A DNA stretch of 63,957 bases, counting the filler, from Elsinoe ampelina (lineage: Eukaryota): the NCBI GenBank assembly GCA_010093995.1. It is 5 parts of 4 records of this genome, joined end to end, with 100 filler letters (N's around TTAATTAATTAA, not from the genome) between each part and the next. Parts side by side here need not be neighbours in the genome. Positions count along the whole stretch, not along the records: positions 10,755 to 41,194 come from ML992515.1; 4 more parts are not named here. One strand, written 5' to 3'. The notes below the pieces were generated by a model, which worked only from the letters and a program-made list of their open reading frames with translations, made no database searches and had not been told where the DNA came from. Positions 12,580 through 27,099 of the stretch are shown in pieces; within the stretch, counting starts at the first letter, position 1; each line of letters opens with the position of its first letter. The position numbers and the translations under genes are program-made.

Positions 12580-15500
12580 GTAATCTTCCTTAGGCATTCT
12601 CGTTTTTGTTTAGTATTTAGAGTGCTAGGTCTATCTAGTTAGTTTACTTAGGATAGGTTCTCGATCTAGTAATCTAGGATTACTTACGAGGTAAGGTACT
12701 TCTCTAGTTCCTATATTACTTTACTATACTAATGTTTCTTCTAGTAAATAAGATAGTAGCGTTTTTCTTTTATAAGTTTATAACGTAAAACCCTTTCAAT
12801 CTTATACTATAGCTCCTATGTTTCTTTATCTAGTTCGATAGGTCCGGGTATAGTATTCTATAGTACTTTCTCTAGTAGTAATATATAAAAGACTAGATAG
12901 ATCCTTATATGTCTTAGTAGTTCTAGTTTGTATATATTCTTGTTTTTCTTTTCTAGGATCTTAAAGGGTCCTAGTTTAGTATAGTTAAGTTTCTTACTTA
13001 GTTGTTTCGTTTTAATGTTTTTACTAAGGAGGTAAACTTTCTCTCCCTCCTATAGAATTAGTTCTACAATTCTCTTCTAGTTAGTAAACCCTATTATTCT
13101 TTATAATATAAATGCTATATCGTAGTATAGCTAGTCGTATAGTTTCTTAATGTTAGCTACTAGTATATTAGTATCCTTAGATATTAGCTTAATTCCGAGT
13201 GTGTTATAGTATAGATCTAGGTATATTCTATAGTTTACGTAGAATAGTAAAATTCTATTCGCTAACTTTCTATTATTAATAGCAAGCTCTACGAGCAGTA
13301 ATAGCGTTACCTATAAGTCTTGCTTATAGTTTAGGTAGCATCGTAGGTACTACTCTAGTACTTAATTTACCTGTTTAGTTTGTCCGTCCGTTTATAGATA
13401 AAAGGAGATTAATAGCTTATATTTAACTCCTAGTAGGTCTATAAATAATTATTAGAATTATAACGTAAATAGCTTATCTCTATTAGTTATTAGGTCTCGT
13501 AGTACTCTATGTTATAAAACAATTATTCGGAGGAAGGTAAAGGCTATATCCTTAGTAGTTACTATTGTCTTATATAGTATAAAGTAGTAATACTTCGTAA
13601 ACCTATCTACTAGAACTAGAATGCTATTATACTTTATACCTATAAGAGGTTCTTCTAATAGTAGTAAAGGTTCTATAAAGTCTATTATAACTAATTGCTA
13701 TAGTTTATCTAGTGGTAGCAAGAGTTATAATAGGCTATATAGCTTATATCGTAAGTGCTTAGACTTATAGCATATATCGTATATAGTAATATATGTTTTA
13801 ATATCGTTTCGGAGTTCTTTCTATAGGTAGTTTTATGTAATAAGTTTAATAGTCTTGTTAATCCCGCTATGCCCTACTATTAGGTTATTATAGTATATTT
13901 AAATAACTTCTTTCTTCTGTTCTTACGTAAGCTCCTAGGTAAAGCTATATAACTACTCTACCTTTAGGTGCTTATAGACTAGAGCGCTATCTTACTACTT
14001 TAGCATAGAGGCCTCTATTATTGTTATATTCTTTAAGTAATCTAGTTGTCGGCTAAGAGCGTCTACTCTACTATTCTCTAATCCCTTAACATAGTAGATC
14101 TAAAAGTTGTAGCTTATAAGTGTTTCTAACTATCGAACCTGTTGTCTATTAAGAACCTTAGTTATTGTCTAATATAATAGGTTCTTATAGTCGGTATAGA
14201 CTTATATAGGTAAGGTTATTCCTTCTAGGTATACTCTCTATTCGCGGAATACCTCTATAATTGTAAGTAACTCTTTATTATATATATTATAGTTAAGTTT
14301 AGGTCTAGTCATTTTTCGTAAGTAGTATATAATTAGATAGCGTTATTCTTCTACGTCCTTCTACGCTAGATACGCTTCTATTATAAAGTCTAAGGCATCC
14401 GTTTCTAGTAGTGCTTATTAGTCTAGGTCGAAGAGTGCTAGGATAGGTACTATTATAAGTCTAAGCTTTAGCTCCTTAAAGGCCTACCTATATTTCTTAT
14501 CGAAGACAAATCTAGTTTCTTTCTTTATAAGGTTAAATATTAGCGTAGCTACCTTAGAGAATCCTTTAACAAACTTGTAGTAGTAGTTAAAGAACTCTAG
14601 TAGCGCTTAAACCTTCTTAACTATAGTAGGTTCTAGCTAGTCGTTTACTAACTTAATCTTTTTTAGGTCGGGTCTAATACTATTAGTAGATATAACATAG
14701 CTTAGAAATTATATCTTGTGTTTATAAAACTTACACTTAGAGAGCTTTACTAATAGGTCTTTTTCTTTTAGTTTCTATAGCACTTTATAAACATGTTCTA
14801 TATGTTTATTATATATCTTTAAGAAGATAATAATATTGTCTAAATATGCTAAGATAAAGTTATTAAGGTATTCTTATAGAGTGTTATTAATTAACTCTTA
14901 GAAGGTTATAGGAGCATTAGTTAACCTAAAGGGCATAACGAGGTACTTATATAAACTCTATTATATTCTAAAAGCTGTCTTCTACTCCTTGCCCTCCTTT
15001 ATTTATACTTAATAATAGGCGTCCCTAATGTCGATTATAGTGAACTATTTAGCTCTAAGTAGTTAGTCTTAAAGTTTATTAATCCTTAGTAGGGGATAGT
15101 AATTCTTCCTAGTAAGTGTATTAATTTTCTAGTAATTAATGTATATTTGTAATATTCTATCCTTTTTAGGTGCAAAAAGCACTCCGTGTGTAATAGGTAA
15201 TTTTAATAGTTATATAAATCCTTTAAGTAAGTACTTGTTGATATAGTTCTTAAGGACGTTCTCCTCTTGTTTCGATAGTAGTATAAGACCTTAATAGTGT
15301 ATCGGGGATTTACCCTCTTTAAAGAGTATTTTGTAATTCTATAGTTTATATTAGAGTAAGGCCGCGATGCCTTCTCTTTCTTTAAATAAGTCCTTAAAGT
15401 CTTTATATTCCGGCGGAAGTACTTAATTGCTTACGCTAGTAATAGCTCTAACTATTAGTTATACCTATACTGTCCTTATAGTTAGTATCTATAGAGCTAA

Positions 15501-17680
15501 TTATGCTCTCTACGTTCTATAATTACACTTAGGGAATTCGAGTGTTTCTTTAATCTAGTCTACGTCTAGATTATGTTATTAAAGCTAGTCTATACTAAGT
15601 ACTATATTATACTATATATTAACTATATCGATTAATTGTTTTTCTATATGTGTTTCGATTTTAATTATAACGTTTCGTAGTTCTTAAGTAACTTTCCTAT
15701 TCTTCCCTATAGAGGTTCTATCCGCTATAGTAAGTAGGTAAGGTAACTCCTTCTAGTGTTAATAAGGCTTAAGCTAATTAGCAACTGTTATAGAGACGTA
15801 GCTATAGTTAGCTCCTAAATCTATTATTGCTCTTACCTTACTCTCTTATATTTCGACTTCTAGTATAAAGTAGTTTAACGTATAGATCTTTATTATATTA
15901 AGGCTTTAGCTAGTATTATTATCTTGCCTTATTAGGTAACAACTAGCTAGTTTTTTGTTATTGTAGCTTCTTAGATAAGTAGCTAATCCCTTTCTATATA
16001 TATCTACTATTAGTACTATATCTATTAGGTAAGTTGTGTTTTGTCGCTATTTAATATAGTAAGGTAAACTTCTAGCGCCTAAGTTCCTTAGTGACTATAA
16101 AGTCCAATAATTCTCTACTAGTTACACTAAGTAGTGTTATACACCTATATTAGTATAACTATTCCTTCCGGGTGTAGCTAGGTATTAGCATTAAAGACGA
16201 AAACAGGTTATATAGATTTGTCTTGTCGTGTCCTATTCTAGTAGTAGGTGTATATTATTATATAATTCCTCTATATCCCTATAAGGTATGCTTTAAGTTG
16301 TCCGCCTAGTAGTAGTACATCGTTGTCGTTATTATTGTTAGATAAGTCCTTATCTATATTATTATATTATAGTTATTCGGTGTATTCTTCGTTGTATTTC
16401 TCTTCGTTGCTACTGCCCCTAGTATAGTTATAGTTAGTAAGGCTATACTAAGTATATTCTCTTACTTAGCTATAGGGGATAGTACTACCTATTTCGATTA
16501 CCGAGAAGTCTATAGTGTATTTAAGACTAATAGCATCTTCTCTAAGTACATCGTGTAAGTAGATAGTATAGTACTATTCGTAATCTAGATTTATACATTT
16601 CTAGAGCGATATATAATATACCTTTCCTTATAGTGCGCCGTAAGGGCTAAAGGTAAGGCTACTATATTATTATATAGCACTTACGTCCTAATACTTCGTC
16701 TCGATAATCGTATATTAGTAATTATTACTAACTACCTTCTATAGTTAGTTACTGTTACTACTAATTATAGAAAGCCCTTCTAGGTCGGGTTCCTAGTCTA
16801 GCTATTTCGTTAGTTGCCTACGCTTAGATAGCTTATATAGGAACTAACTAGATCCCTGCTTATCTAATAAGTGAATATAATAAGAGTTATTATAATATGC
16901 TATCTATAATAGTGTTACGTGTTAGCTTTGTTATTTACGGTCGGTTATAGAGATATTAAGTGTAACATCTAGAGAGAATTCTACTACCTCTCGAGTTATT
17001 ATAGACTCCTTCTATATTTCCTTACCTACGCTAAAGGTCGTTAGGTCTTCTATAGTAGTGTTAGCCTTTTTCTCTACTAGCCTAGTAACTATTATATATA
17101 ATCTATCGGCTAGCGCCTCTTATTAGTAGTCTCTAGCTCGATGCCTAGGTCTTTTACACTTAAAACATAGGTTGTCTTATCTATACTTCTCTCTCTCTTT
17201 TCTACTAAGGAACTTTCTTCTATAGCTATAGCCTTATACCTATAAGGGGTAGCCTTCGCGTATAGTATTAAGTTCTATAGAGTCTCTATAGTTTCGGAAG
17301 AAACGCGTATATCTAGTGTTTACCTTATATCCTCTACGACGTTCTATATGTTATTTGTAAAGTCTATTATTAATAGCAATTGTAGTGTCTACTAGTTTCT
17401 AAAGGCTGTTAGGCGGCTCGAGTATTATTTAGTCTTTAACTAAGTCGCTTAGTCCTTAATAGAATACTAAGTGTTTAGTACTATTGTCCTAGTCTAGATA
17501 TATTACGAGTTATTAGAACTAGGAATAGTACTAGGCTATAGACCTATATTATTATAGTTATTAGATCTTCGTTATAGTAACGCATTCCTTATTAGATATA
17601 TTAAAGACTTACTTAATCTTTGCCTAGAAGATGCTAAAGCTCTTAAAGATAGCCTTTATATCTAGGCCTAGTTATCTATC

Positions 17681-18360
17681 NNNNNNNNNNNNNNNNNNNN
17701 NNNNNNNNNNNNNNNNNNNNNNNNNNNNNNNNNNNNNNNNNNNNNNNNNNNNNNNNNNNNNNNNNNNNNNNNNNNNNNNNNNNNNNNNNNNNNNNNNNNN
17801 NNNNNNNNNNNNNNNNNNNNNNNNNNNNNNNNNNNNNNNNNNNNNNNNNNNNNNNNNNNNNNNNNNNNNNNNNNNNNNNNNNNNNNNNNNNNNNNNNNNN
17901 NNNNNNNNNNNNNNNNNNNNNNNNNNNNNNNNNNNNNNNNNNNNNNNNNNNNNNNNNNNNNNNNNNNNNNNNNNNNNNNNNNNNNNNNNNNNNNNNNNNN
18001 NNNNNNNNNNNNNNNNNNNNNNNNNNNNNNNNNNNNNNNNNNNNNNNNNNNNNNNNNNNNNNNNNNNNNNNNNNNNNNNNNNNNNNNNNNNNNNNNNNNN
18101 NNNNNNNNNNNNNNNNNNNNNNNNNNNNNNNNNNNNNNNNNNNNNNNNNNNNNNNNNNNNNNNNNNNNNNNNNNNNNNNNNNNNNNNNNNNNNNNNNNNN
18201 NNNNNNNNNNNNNNNNNNNNNNNNNNNNNNNNNNNNNNNNNNNNNNNNNNNNNNNNNNNNNNNNNNNNNNNNNNNNNNNNNNNNNNNNNNNNNNNNNNNN
18301 NNNNNNNNNNNNNNNNNNNNNNNNNNNNNNNNNNNNNNNNNNNNNNNNNNNNNNNNNNNN
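17681..18360. other. Sequencing gap (680 N)
   Basis: Run of N. Confidence 0.99.
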
Positions 18361-19040
18361 TTAAGTCTATTAATCCTCGTATATACTAACTATAACCTAA
18401 CTTAGTTTAGTAGTAGTTAAAGTCACGACGAGGTTGCTATCTATATTAGGTATTTACGCTAGCTATACTTCTATTATAGAAGTCGCTATAGAGCGATTTA
18501 GTACTTCGCTCCTATACGTAAACTAAGTAGTACCTTAATGCGCTATAATAGAGCGTTTAGCCTTAATTAGACACTCTTCTTAATCTATTAGTATTAAACT
18601 TAAGAAGCTAATAGGAGAATCGAGCTTACCTCTTAAAAGGTGCTTAGTAGAAGCATTTCGTACCGGTGCTATATAATAGCTATTACCCCCGCTATTAGGC
18701 CCGTTATTATATACCTAACTTCTCTATAAGTTAGTTTAAAGTTAGGTAGGCCGAACTAAAACGAGAAGGTATATACGTACCTTTCCCTCGTATCCTCTCT
18801 ATCTAATAGTCCCTCTATAGTATTAGCGTAAAGAGATATATTTAACACTACTACTATAACGGTAAGTCTATTCCTCTCGACGTACTTAGTAAAGCTAAGT
18901 TTTAGCTAATAAAGAATAAGAACCTATCTTAGGCTAATCTACGCTAGGAAGTTATTCTAAATACTTAGTCAAATATAATTAAGTTCTAAAGGTTCTATGC
19001 GTTTAAATACTAGCGTTCCCTTAGGTAAGTAGGACTTAAC
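18361..19040 (+). pseudogene. RIP'd intron-containing gene remnant, unknown product
   Basis: A short GTAAGT...TTTTAG intron-like segment lies at ~18862-18905 in coding-like sequence. No recognisable domain. Boundaries approximate. Confidence 0.35.
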
Positions 19041-19209
19041 TCTATTTACTCGCTTAACTAAGAGTATATAAATCGTTACTAGAAGGGAGAAAATAAGAAA
19101 GAGTATTAGTTTGTTAAAGTAATAGCAAGTGCTAGCTATTATAGCTAAGCCTACACGTCTAACAAAGGCTACTTAGAAGGCTTTATATATTAAAGGACTC
19201 CTAAAGCGT

Positions 19210-19975
19210 TTACGCTACTATATATAAGTAATTAATTAATAAGTACATCTAGCGCGTACTAAATCGCCGTCCTTGCATTAGTACTTTCTTTCCTCTAGTA
19301 GCCTACGTACCTAATTCGGTAGCTCGCTATTCTCTAGCCCCTTAGCTAGCTATTCGTAGTAGAGTATCTTACTTACTATTCGTATAATGTTATTATAACT
19401 ATAGCAGAGCGCCTCTCGGAGCTATATATATGTTAATAAGTAATTAGCTTTAGCTACGTAACTTACCTTACTAGCTATAACTATAAAAGGATATTCGCCT
19501 ATAGTCCTCTATAGATAAAGTACTAGTAGCTAGTTACGGACTAAGCGCTAGTACTGTATAATTCGTAGGAGTAGCTATTAATTGTCTAATATTAGTAATA
19601 TCGTATTATAATCTACTCTAATAGCTATACTTATACGTAGATTATTACGCACCGCCTTAAAAATGTCGAGATACTAGTTTAGTATATTCTATTGCCTCTG
19701 CTTTACTATCTTAACTAGCGTAGAGACTAACGTTAGGCTATTCTCGTCGGGTTATAGCTCCCTTAAACTCGGATTAAGAGTAGTAATATCTAATTTATGT
19801 CTTCTTTTTTGTCTTTAATGTTATATTTATAGCCTACATAGTTAGCTTAGTCTCCCTTAATGCTAAAGCCTTACTCTGCTTTATTCTAGTTAAAATAACC
19901 TAAATTGTTATCTTCGAAATACTTATTAGTCTTATAGTCCGAGCTATATAGGCGCCGACGTGCCTAAGACATCTT
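19210..19975 (-). pseudogene. RIP'd intron-containing gene remnant, unknown helical protein
   Basis: The frame reads DITTLNPSLREL*PDENSLTLVSTLVKIVKQRQ*NILN*YLDIFKAVRNNLR...PFIVIASK, then a 45-bp GTAAGT..AG intron (19422-19466), then LREALCYSY...GLENSELPN*VRRLLEERKY. Stops are only TAG/TAA. Confidence 0.5.
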
Positions 19976-20849
19976 AGTTTATAATAGTTCTAATAAAGAG
20001 ATATATAGGTATAAGAGAGTTAGTAAGGTAGGCCGGAATAATACATGCTATAAGGGGGATAGATAGTTATCTTATATGCGTTATAGTGACTTAGTGTTAG
20101 TTCAAGTTAGATAATAGCTTAGTTAGGTGTTTAAAGTGTACAACTTTCTTCTAATTAGAATTAGTTATATCCGCCTATACCCTAAGGTAATCTTAACTAG
20201 TAAGAGTATTAAATTAGACTTATAGCTAGGTCTAACTTACGGAGTGCTAATCGCTAGAAGCTAAACTAAAAAAGAAAGCTACTTAAACTTACTCGGACTA
20301 AATACTCGAACTAAATATAGTATTTGTTGTTAGGTTAAGCAACAATTAGAGTAGAAATATGTAGAGAGAAATTGTAGATTAAACTTAGACTAAGTAATTA
20401 TATACTAATTCGAAAGACTATAGGAACTAGCTATTATATATGTAGATAGGTAGTATAATTTATATAGTAGCTCCCTTATTAATTACGTTAGTAGTCCCCT
20501 CTTTACTAAGTAGTATATCTTTTAAGTGCTAAAAGCATTAATTACTTACTATCTCGCTGTCTAGGGTGTCTAAATAAGATACGCTAGATAAAGCGACTTA
20601 TCTTCTACTAATTATGTCGCAATAGGGGGCAGGTGTCGATTAGCTATTAGTAACTATATATAGTAATAGTAGAGTAGCACTATTAGTGTAGCGTCGTGTA
20701 CCCTTGTTTAATCCGAATAAGCCCCTTAATACTCTACTAGTAAGGTCTATAGAGGCAACGCTAAACACGTAAAAAGCTTTACTAATATACTCCCTAAGTA
20801 TATTATTCTCTCGCTAGAGTTATCTAATTAAGCTTACGTTCTTCTCCGC

Positions 20850-22125
20850 TATTAATTATAATTAGCCTACTTCCTGCTAAACAAGTATAATGTCTTCCTC
20901 TAGGAGTTGCTATCTATTAAGCTATTTAGGCTACTAGGTCCTACGTCGCTTTTACTAGCTACTAACGTAATTATACTCTTCTCTATACATATATAGTAGA
21001 GAGCTTCTAATTTAAGCCTCTAGCTAGTTAGGGAGACTATTAGAAGACTATGCTTTTAACACCTAAATAGATAAGAGAAGCTTATATGCTTAATTCTACA
21101 GTCTAGATATTAGCCGCTAGAGAAATAAGGTCGGTGTAATTAATATCTATACTTAGGAGCCTAGCCGAAAGATACTAATAGACCCGACAGATTAATAGTA
21201 GAAGAATAGATAAGTGATTCTAAAGAGCGATTTAGTTAAAAGGCAAGGAAGGATAAAGCGTAGTAAACGAACTAAAACTCTAGGGTTTAGTAGTAGGTAC
21301 GGCTTAGCGTAGATTACCCTACTACTTTTTAGTTCGACTTAGTCTACTACTAGACTATTCTCCTTTATGCTTACTTTGGCCTAATACTTTCCTTGATCTC
21401 GTTGCCTTATTAGGATATAAAGAGGTAAACTATGTAATATCTTAGACAAGATAACGGCCTTAAACTAGATAGTATTCTCTATTATAGCGAAATGCAGCGT
21501 TCTATTGTCCTTCTAACCTATAACATCGCTTTGCTTGTTATATATATAGTAGTCCGTTATAATTGATATTACCCTTAGCTAATCGAACTTAATATCTATA
21601 TCCTTCTTAGATATAGTAGTTATAGCTTTATAACGTATAAGTAGAAGATCTCTAATTAAGTAGATAGGACATATCTCTCTATTCTTATAAACTACTAATA
21701 GCATATCGTCTAGTCGATTAGAGAGTAAAGGCGCTTATAATTATAATTAGCAATCCGAGGATTTATTCGAGGTAAGCGTATTAGCACTATTCTACACTCC
21801 TCTAGGCTTATATAATCTTAAGTGTAACTATACCTACTAACGTCTAAAATTAGTACTTATCTTATAGATAAGAGTATAGAAGGCAGCTTAACTGTCGCTA
21901 CTCTCTAAGAGCTCTATTATACGCCGAAATATACACCGAATGTTATTACTATCTAGTGCTACTAGAAGTACCTCCTTCTCTAACCTTCTCCTATTAGAAA
22001 TCGACCTAAATGTTCTTCTAACTATGCCTTTACCTATTATAATATCCTCTAAGAGACTATATAAGTCTCTATAGCCTTTATTGTCGAGGGTAAGGGCTTG
22101 CTTAATAGCTTTAATTAAGCATATT
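20850..22125 (-). pseudogene. RIP'd gene remnant, unknown product
   Basis: About 250 codons are readable by eye in one frame (LIKAIKQALTPRQ...LEKEVLLVALDSNNIRCIFRRIIELLESS...DIDIKFD*LRVISIITDYYIYNKQSDVIG*KDNRTLHFAIIENTI*FKAVIL). A pyrimidine-rich leader lies on the minus strand at ~22160-22200. Confidence 0.45.
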
Positions 22126-22396
22126 ACTAGTTAATAAGAAGCAAATATAGGTATAGCTATAGAGGAGAGAAGAGAGAGGAGAGAGAGAGTAGAGGTAGAA
22201 GGGTAGCAGTATAGGTAGCAATTCGGTGCAAGTGTTACTTGTAATAGATAAGCCTTAGATCTTAGTTTACTTATAAGAGAGGCATACTAGAATTGTGCTT
22301 AGTTATAATTAGTTAGCCTAAACTAACACTCGTAGAACTACAAAGTTTAACGCGCTAAACTTTATCTCCTCTTAGTTTTATTATATGCTTATTACG

Positions 22397-23195
22397 TAGC
22401 GATATAACTATATTATAAATACGATTTGTAATAACGCCTTAGTTCGCGCTCTCTACTTACACTAACCTAAACATAGGCGTTAGCGTCCCTAGTATAACCT
22501 TTTCTCTCCTCTCTATCTAACCTTAATAATAGCTAGCTATCTATTATAGTAGATTCCCCGCCTAGTACACTATAATTATCTATTGCTATATATACAATAG
22601 CAACTCTAATATTTACTCCCGCCTCGCTATCGCTGCTACTTCTAATAGTATTCTCTACACCGGCTGTGTCGTATTTATAGAATTAACTACCGCTAGTACC
22701 TAGTAGTTACGCTAGAGTAAATCTATTATAGTATACCTCTCTATCTTGCCTACTACGCCGCTATAGGCTTAAGAGTGCATAAGGAGACTCCGACACCTCT
22801 TTCTCTCTCCTCGCTACTACTACTCTCTATAGCTTCCTTTACACTAGCTATATATTATTAGTAGGATTAGCTACTATCTCTACCTAGTAGCTATAACTAA
22901 GCGAATCTATTACAGAGTATCTCTCGATCTTATAGATAGCGCTACTAGGAGTTCTAGCGTACGCGAAGAGGGTAGAGAAGCTAGTATCTACTAGGAATTA
23001 CCTACCTTATAGTATAAGAATATTAAGGAGAGAATTACGGAGGAACAACTAGTATAACAAAGAGGAAGAGATAGAGACATATCGTAGGCAAAGATACATC
23101 TGCTACCTCCTGCTAGATAGTAGCTTACTATAGAGAGCGTTATAGACGGAGCTATATTAGTAGTATTTTCTTTTATAATTGCTTTTATAGCGGAG
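22397..23195. repeat. ~800-bp direct repeat, copy 1
   Basis: Colinear with 29659-30457 at a constant offset of 7262 bp. The differences are almost all transitions. Confidence 0.9.
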
Positions 23196-23949
23196 TTTCG
23201 TTATTAGTAGCGCTTTATTATAACTTCCTTACGTTAGCAATATACTTCTTTCTACGTAGATTGTATATCTATCGCTTTAATCTCCCTTCTCTAACTAGTG
23301 AACAAAATCTCCTTATCTAATATATATAAGTATACTATATATCTTTCTTTATTTCTTATTATTTATCTTGTCTCCTGTCTACTATAAAGATATTAAGGTT
23401 GTTACTTTACACGATAATGCTCTTTATTCAATAGTTTACTAGCTATTTGAAGCATATATAACTTTGTATATAGTACTAACATGTAAGTGTTTAGTATAGT
23501 TAATTACTTTAACACTAATTTTCTACGATAATTAGCACTTATAATATCCTCCGATAGCTGTGTTTTGTTTGCTTACCTAATTTATACTCTATAATATTTG
23601 TTAGTAGTAAACTAACTTATTTACTTTTAGTTCTAGTATCGACCTAATATTAGTAATTGTTACGTGTTACTATTAGTACATACAAAACATAGACTTAATT
23701 AACTTAGTTTACTTTTAGGTTAAGGCCCGAACTAGATCTTAGTTATAAGTATACTACTTACTTCGGTATACTATCTTAAATACAAATTTTATTATATTTA
23801 AGAAGTTACTATCTACTTTCCGTATAGTATTTTAATATTATACTAGGTAGTAGATATTTATAATTACTACCGTTTACTCTATAGCGCTTAACTTACTACG
23901 CTTAGTTCTTAGCTATATAATCTTAACCCCTCTAACCTTACCTATCTTA

Positions 23950-25290
23950 TATAACGCCTTTACTAGTAGACATTCTTACACTTATTAAATACACATAATA
24001 GCACTATACTACTAAAGACGAAGAAGCTAAAGGTCGCTACTAAACCTATAGAAAAGATTCTACTTAATAACCTTACGCTAGCTCTTGTTAAGAATATGCT
24101 TCGCAATAATAATGTTAGTAAGAAATCTATCTAATTCTTCTTTAATTAGGACGACTAGTAATACTCTACTACGTTTATAAGGATAAAGGAAATAATCTTA
24201 AAAGTCTTTATAGAATCTAATATTAAAATTAAGAAACAAGATAGAAGCGAGTTACGTAATTCTAAGGTGCTTAAAGCACGCCTTAAAATTGAAACTAGGC
24301 TACTAAATAGCACGCCTAACAATTTCTAGCTCTTTGTCGACCGACTAGATCGGAAAGATCTAGACTAGTTTAAGGAGAACTTATAGACTATAGTTAATAT
24401 TAACAAGATAAAAGCTATATAGCGATTATTCCGAAATACTATATAATTAATAAGGGCAAATCTCCTATTAGTTAAAAGGGAAAGAATAACGTTACTAGGC
24501 GAAGAAGGCACCTAGAGTCTATATTCTTTAACTACCTCGTCTGTATAGATACTAACGCTCTCCTAAGTAAGAATACTATCCTTAGAGAGACATATAACTC
24601 GTATAAAGACAGGTAATAAGAGATTAAATTTGTATATATAGCCTCGTTATAGAATGTTTAGCTTTAACTAGGGGCTAGCGTCTAATTGTGTCTAGATTAA
24701 CATTAAATTCGCTACGATCTAGATTATAGAGGTTATCGAAGTAGACACTATCTCGTATCTAACATTAAGAAAGAACATTCGCGTCTACGACTTAATAAAG
24801 CCTAGTACTAGTAAGGACAAGAATTGTTACGTTAATTACTACATTAGTAAGCTTAGATAGATCCTTAACATTAGAGGTAATTACCTCTAACTCTACTAGC
24901 TTAATATATATAACTCCGTATAAGTCTTCGCTATTAAAGACTCTTTCGATCTAGACACTACTATTACTAAGTATATTATAACTCTTATCCCCGGTGCCTA
25001 CGAGATCTTTCTCTATCTTACTCCTTCTATAGTATCTATTAAAGATCTTCTCGACTTTATATAAAGTAAGTTTACCTCTTCCCTATTTATCTATATATAC
25101 TAACACTTATAGATAACTCTTATTAATATTGTAGTAGCTAGCAACTACTTCCTATAGCCGAGGCTACTATAGAAGAGAACTTAGAAGTGTTTCTTACTCC
25201 TAAGAAGCTTTGCTTTATAGACATTAACACTAACAAGAAGCGTAAAGGAAATTAGTAGAAAGAGGATATTATAATATAGAACGTTTAATA
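23950..25290 (+). pseudogene. RIP'd gene paralogous to the N-terminal part of the SNF2 pseudogene
   Basis: Shares blocks with 31357-32500: FFN*DD (~24138 vs ~31483) and IFLYLTPS vs IFVYLTPS. A 47-bp phase-1 intron (25066-25112) is followed by NSY*YCSS*QL. The start is approximate. Confidence 0.65.
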
Positions 25291-27099
25291 CCCGCGATAG
25301 TGACTAAACTACTAAAGGCAAGAGCGGCGATGCTACTATGTTTTATTTACTATTATATTATTCATAAAACTATTTAGTTCTTAACTAATAAAGTTTTATT
25401 TAGCTCGTTCTACCCCTAAGAGGCTATAGCCCCTATAAATCCTACAATTTCTATTATTATTATTAGAAGTAAACTTGCTTAATAGTTCTACGACTATAGC
25501 TAGACAGATTCTAACTAACCTAGTAACTTAGTTCGGAGTATAGTCTTACTTTATATAGTTTTAGAAGAATATAGCTCCTTCTCCTCCGCTAGAAGAACAT
25601 AGCCTGTTTAGACTATAGTATATACTACCGAGGCGCTATCTATGTTTCTACTACTTTAATAGCTTAAAGGATATTATATAAGCTACTATACACCTAAGGC
25701 CGGCTATTTATCTAGATAAATATAATCTCTCGGAGCTCTCTAATACCTCTCCTAAGTTCTACTTTGTTACTAGTGACTTTCTATAGCCTACCTAGCACGC
25801 TATAACGTATTAGAGTAAAGAGAGCAAGTTCGAGAAGATAACAACTTACTTCTACTAATATAAGATTGACATTAGCATTAAAAAAGTAATATATTCTTAA
25901 TATTATTAATAATAGAAACGAAGTAATGCTACTATAGATACAATAGACTAGAGCGTTTAATAATAAGTAAAATAAGTTAGCGGGATAGAATCTTGTCCCC
26001 TATTATAGTAGAAGCAATAGTACAAGTTTTAGTTCTATGCCGAACTTAGAGTTAACTAAATTAAATAAGAATAGTATAGTGCTATAAAGGAGCGCGTAGG
26101 CGTTACTACTAATATAGTTATTAGGCTTTACTCTCGTATACTAGCGAGGTTTATACGTAGCATGCTTAGAAGTTAATAAAGAATTCCTGCCGACTATTAT
26201 TAGTTCTAGCTACTACCTCCTAACAAATAGCAGTAACGCTTTAGGTTAGGTTACGCCTCCTAACTAAGTACAAACTTAAGTTAGTTTAGTTAGCCTAAAA
26301 CTAGGGACGAACTTATTTTATATTAGGGTAGATAAGTTCTTTAAGGGAATACTATAACGCCTAGCTGTCTTATGCCTCTCCTTGTTAGGTAATTACTACC
26401 CGGCATTAGTATAGCTTTACTAACTATATACGTAGGTTTAGTATTAAGCTTAATATTTAATATAAGGTCGATTACACTAAGAGAAAGAGATTAGATACCT
26501 ACTACTTAACGAAGGCAGCTTCGATATAGTAGAGCTAGTCTCTATCTATAGGCGGCAAAGACATACCTATTACAAAGAATAAGAGAGAATAAACTAGATA
26601 CGATTTAACTTAATATTGCTATATAATATAATAAGAGGCAGCTCTCTGCCTATACGAAGGTAATATAAGAATAGTTAAAGCCTATTATAGCCCCCTTTTC
26701 GTAAATATAATAGTCACTTCTTGTTTCTAGTTCGAAATCTTTATATTAGTCCCTATATAGATAGCTAGACTTCTATTTATTCCTCTTAACATGTATCTTA
26801 ACCTAATTATAAAACATCTAGTAGCTACGCCTACTTTTATGTCTTATTAGGTTCGAGATATTCCTAACTAGAACTTTAAAGTTTTAATCGAGGATAGATA
26901 TCTTATTTCTTTAGTAGCACCGTATATATAAATCGCTTTATATATAGGGGAGTATACCTTAACTATAATTATAGAGACGCTATATAGGAGAGAGTAGCAC
27001 GGGATAATATCTATATTTAATAAGCAAAAGGAACCTAGAGGTAATTATACCAGATATTGTCGTAAGCTTACTTTATTTACTCTACTGTCCTGCTAGTAT

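Larger units (their letters stand above)
11494..17680 (-). mobile_element. RIP-degraded chromoviral Gypsy retrotransposon, family B (copy B1), truncated by gap
   Basis: Minus strand shows a gag knuckle (CFKCKRPxHRARDx, ~17130-17175), protease RAxIDxGA (~15812-15835), RT AYLDNI (~14833-14850), RNase H LETDA (~14395-14410), integrase and a chromodomain-like tail (~12690-12790). Colinear with 34673-40850. Confidence 0.9.

Noticed and set aside
17631..18389. 252-aa ORF from the ORF track
   Set aside because: It runs through the 680-N gap.
18361..20700. Continuation of Gypsy B1 (gag and 5' LTR) after the gap
   Set aside because: No similarity to the B LTR or to the B2 5' region (40850-41194). 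The sequence contains spliceosomal-type introns instead.
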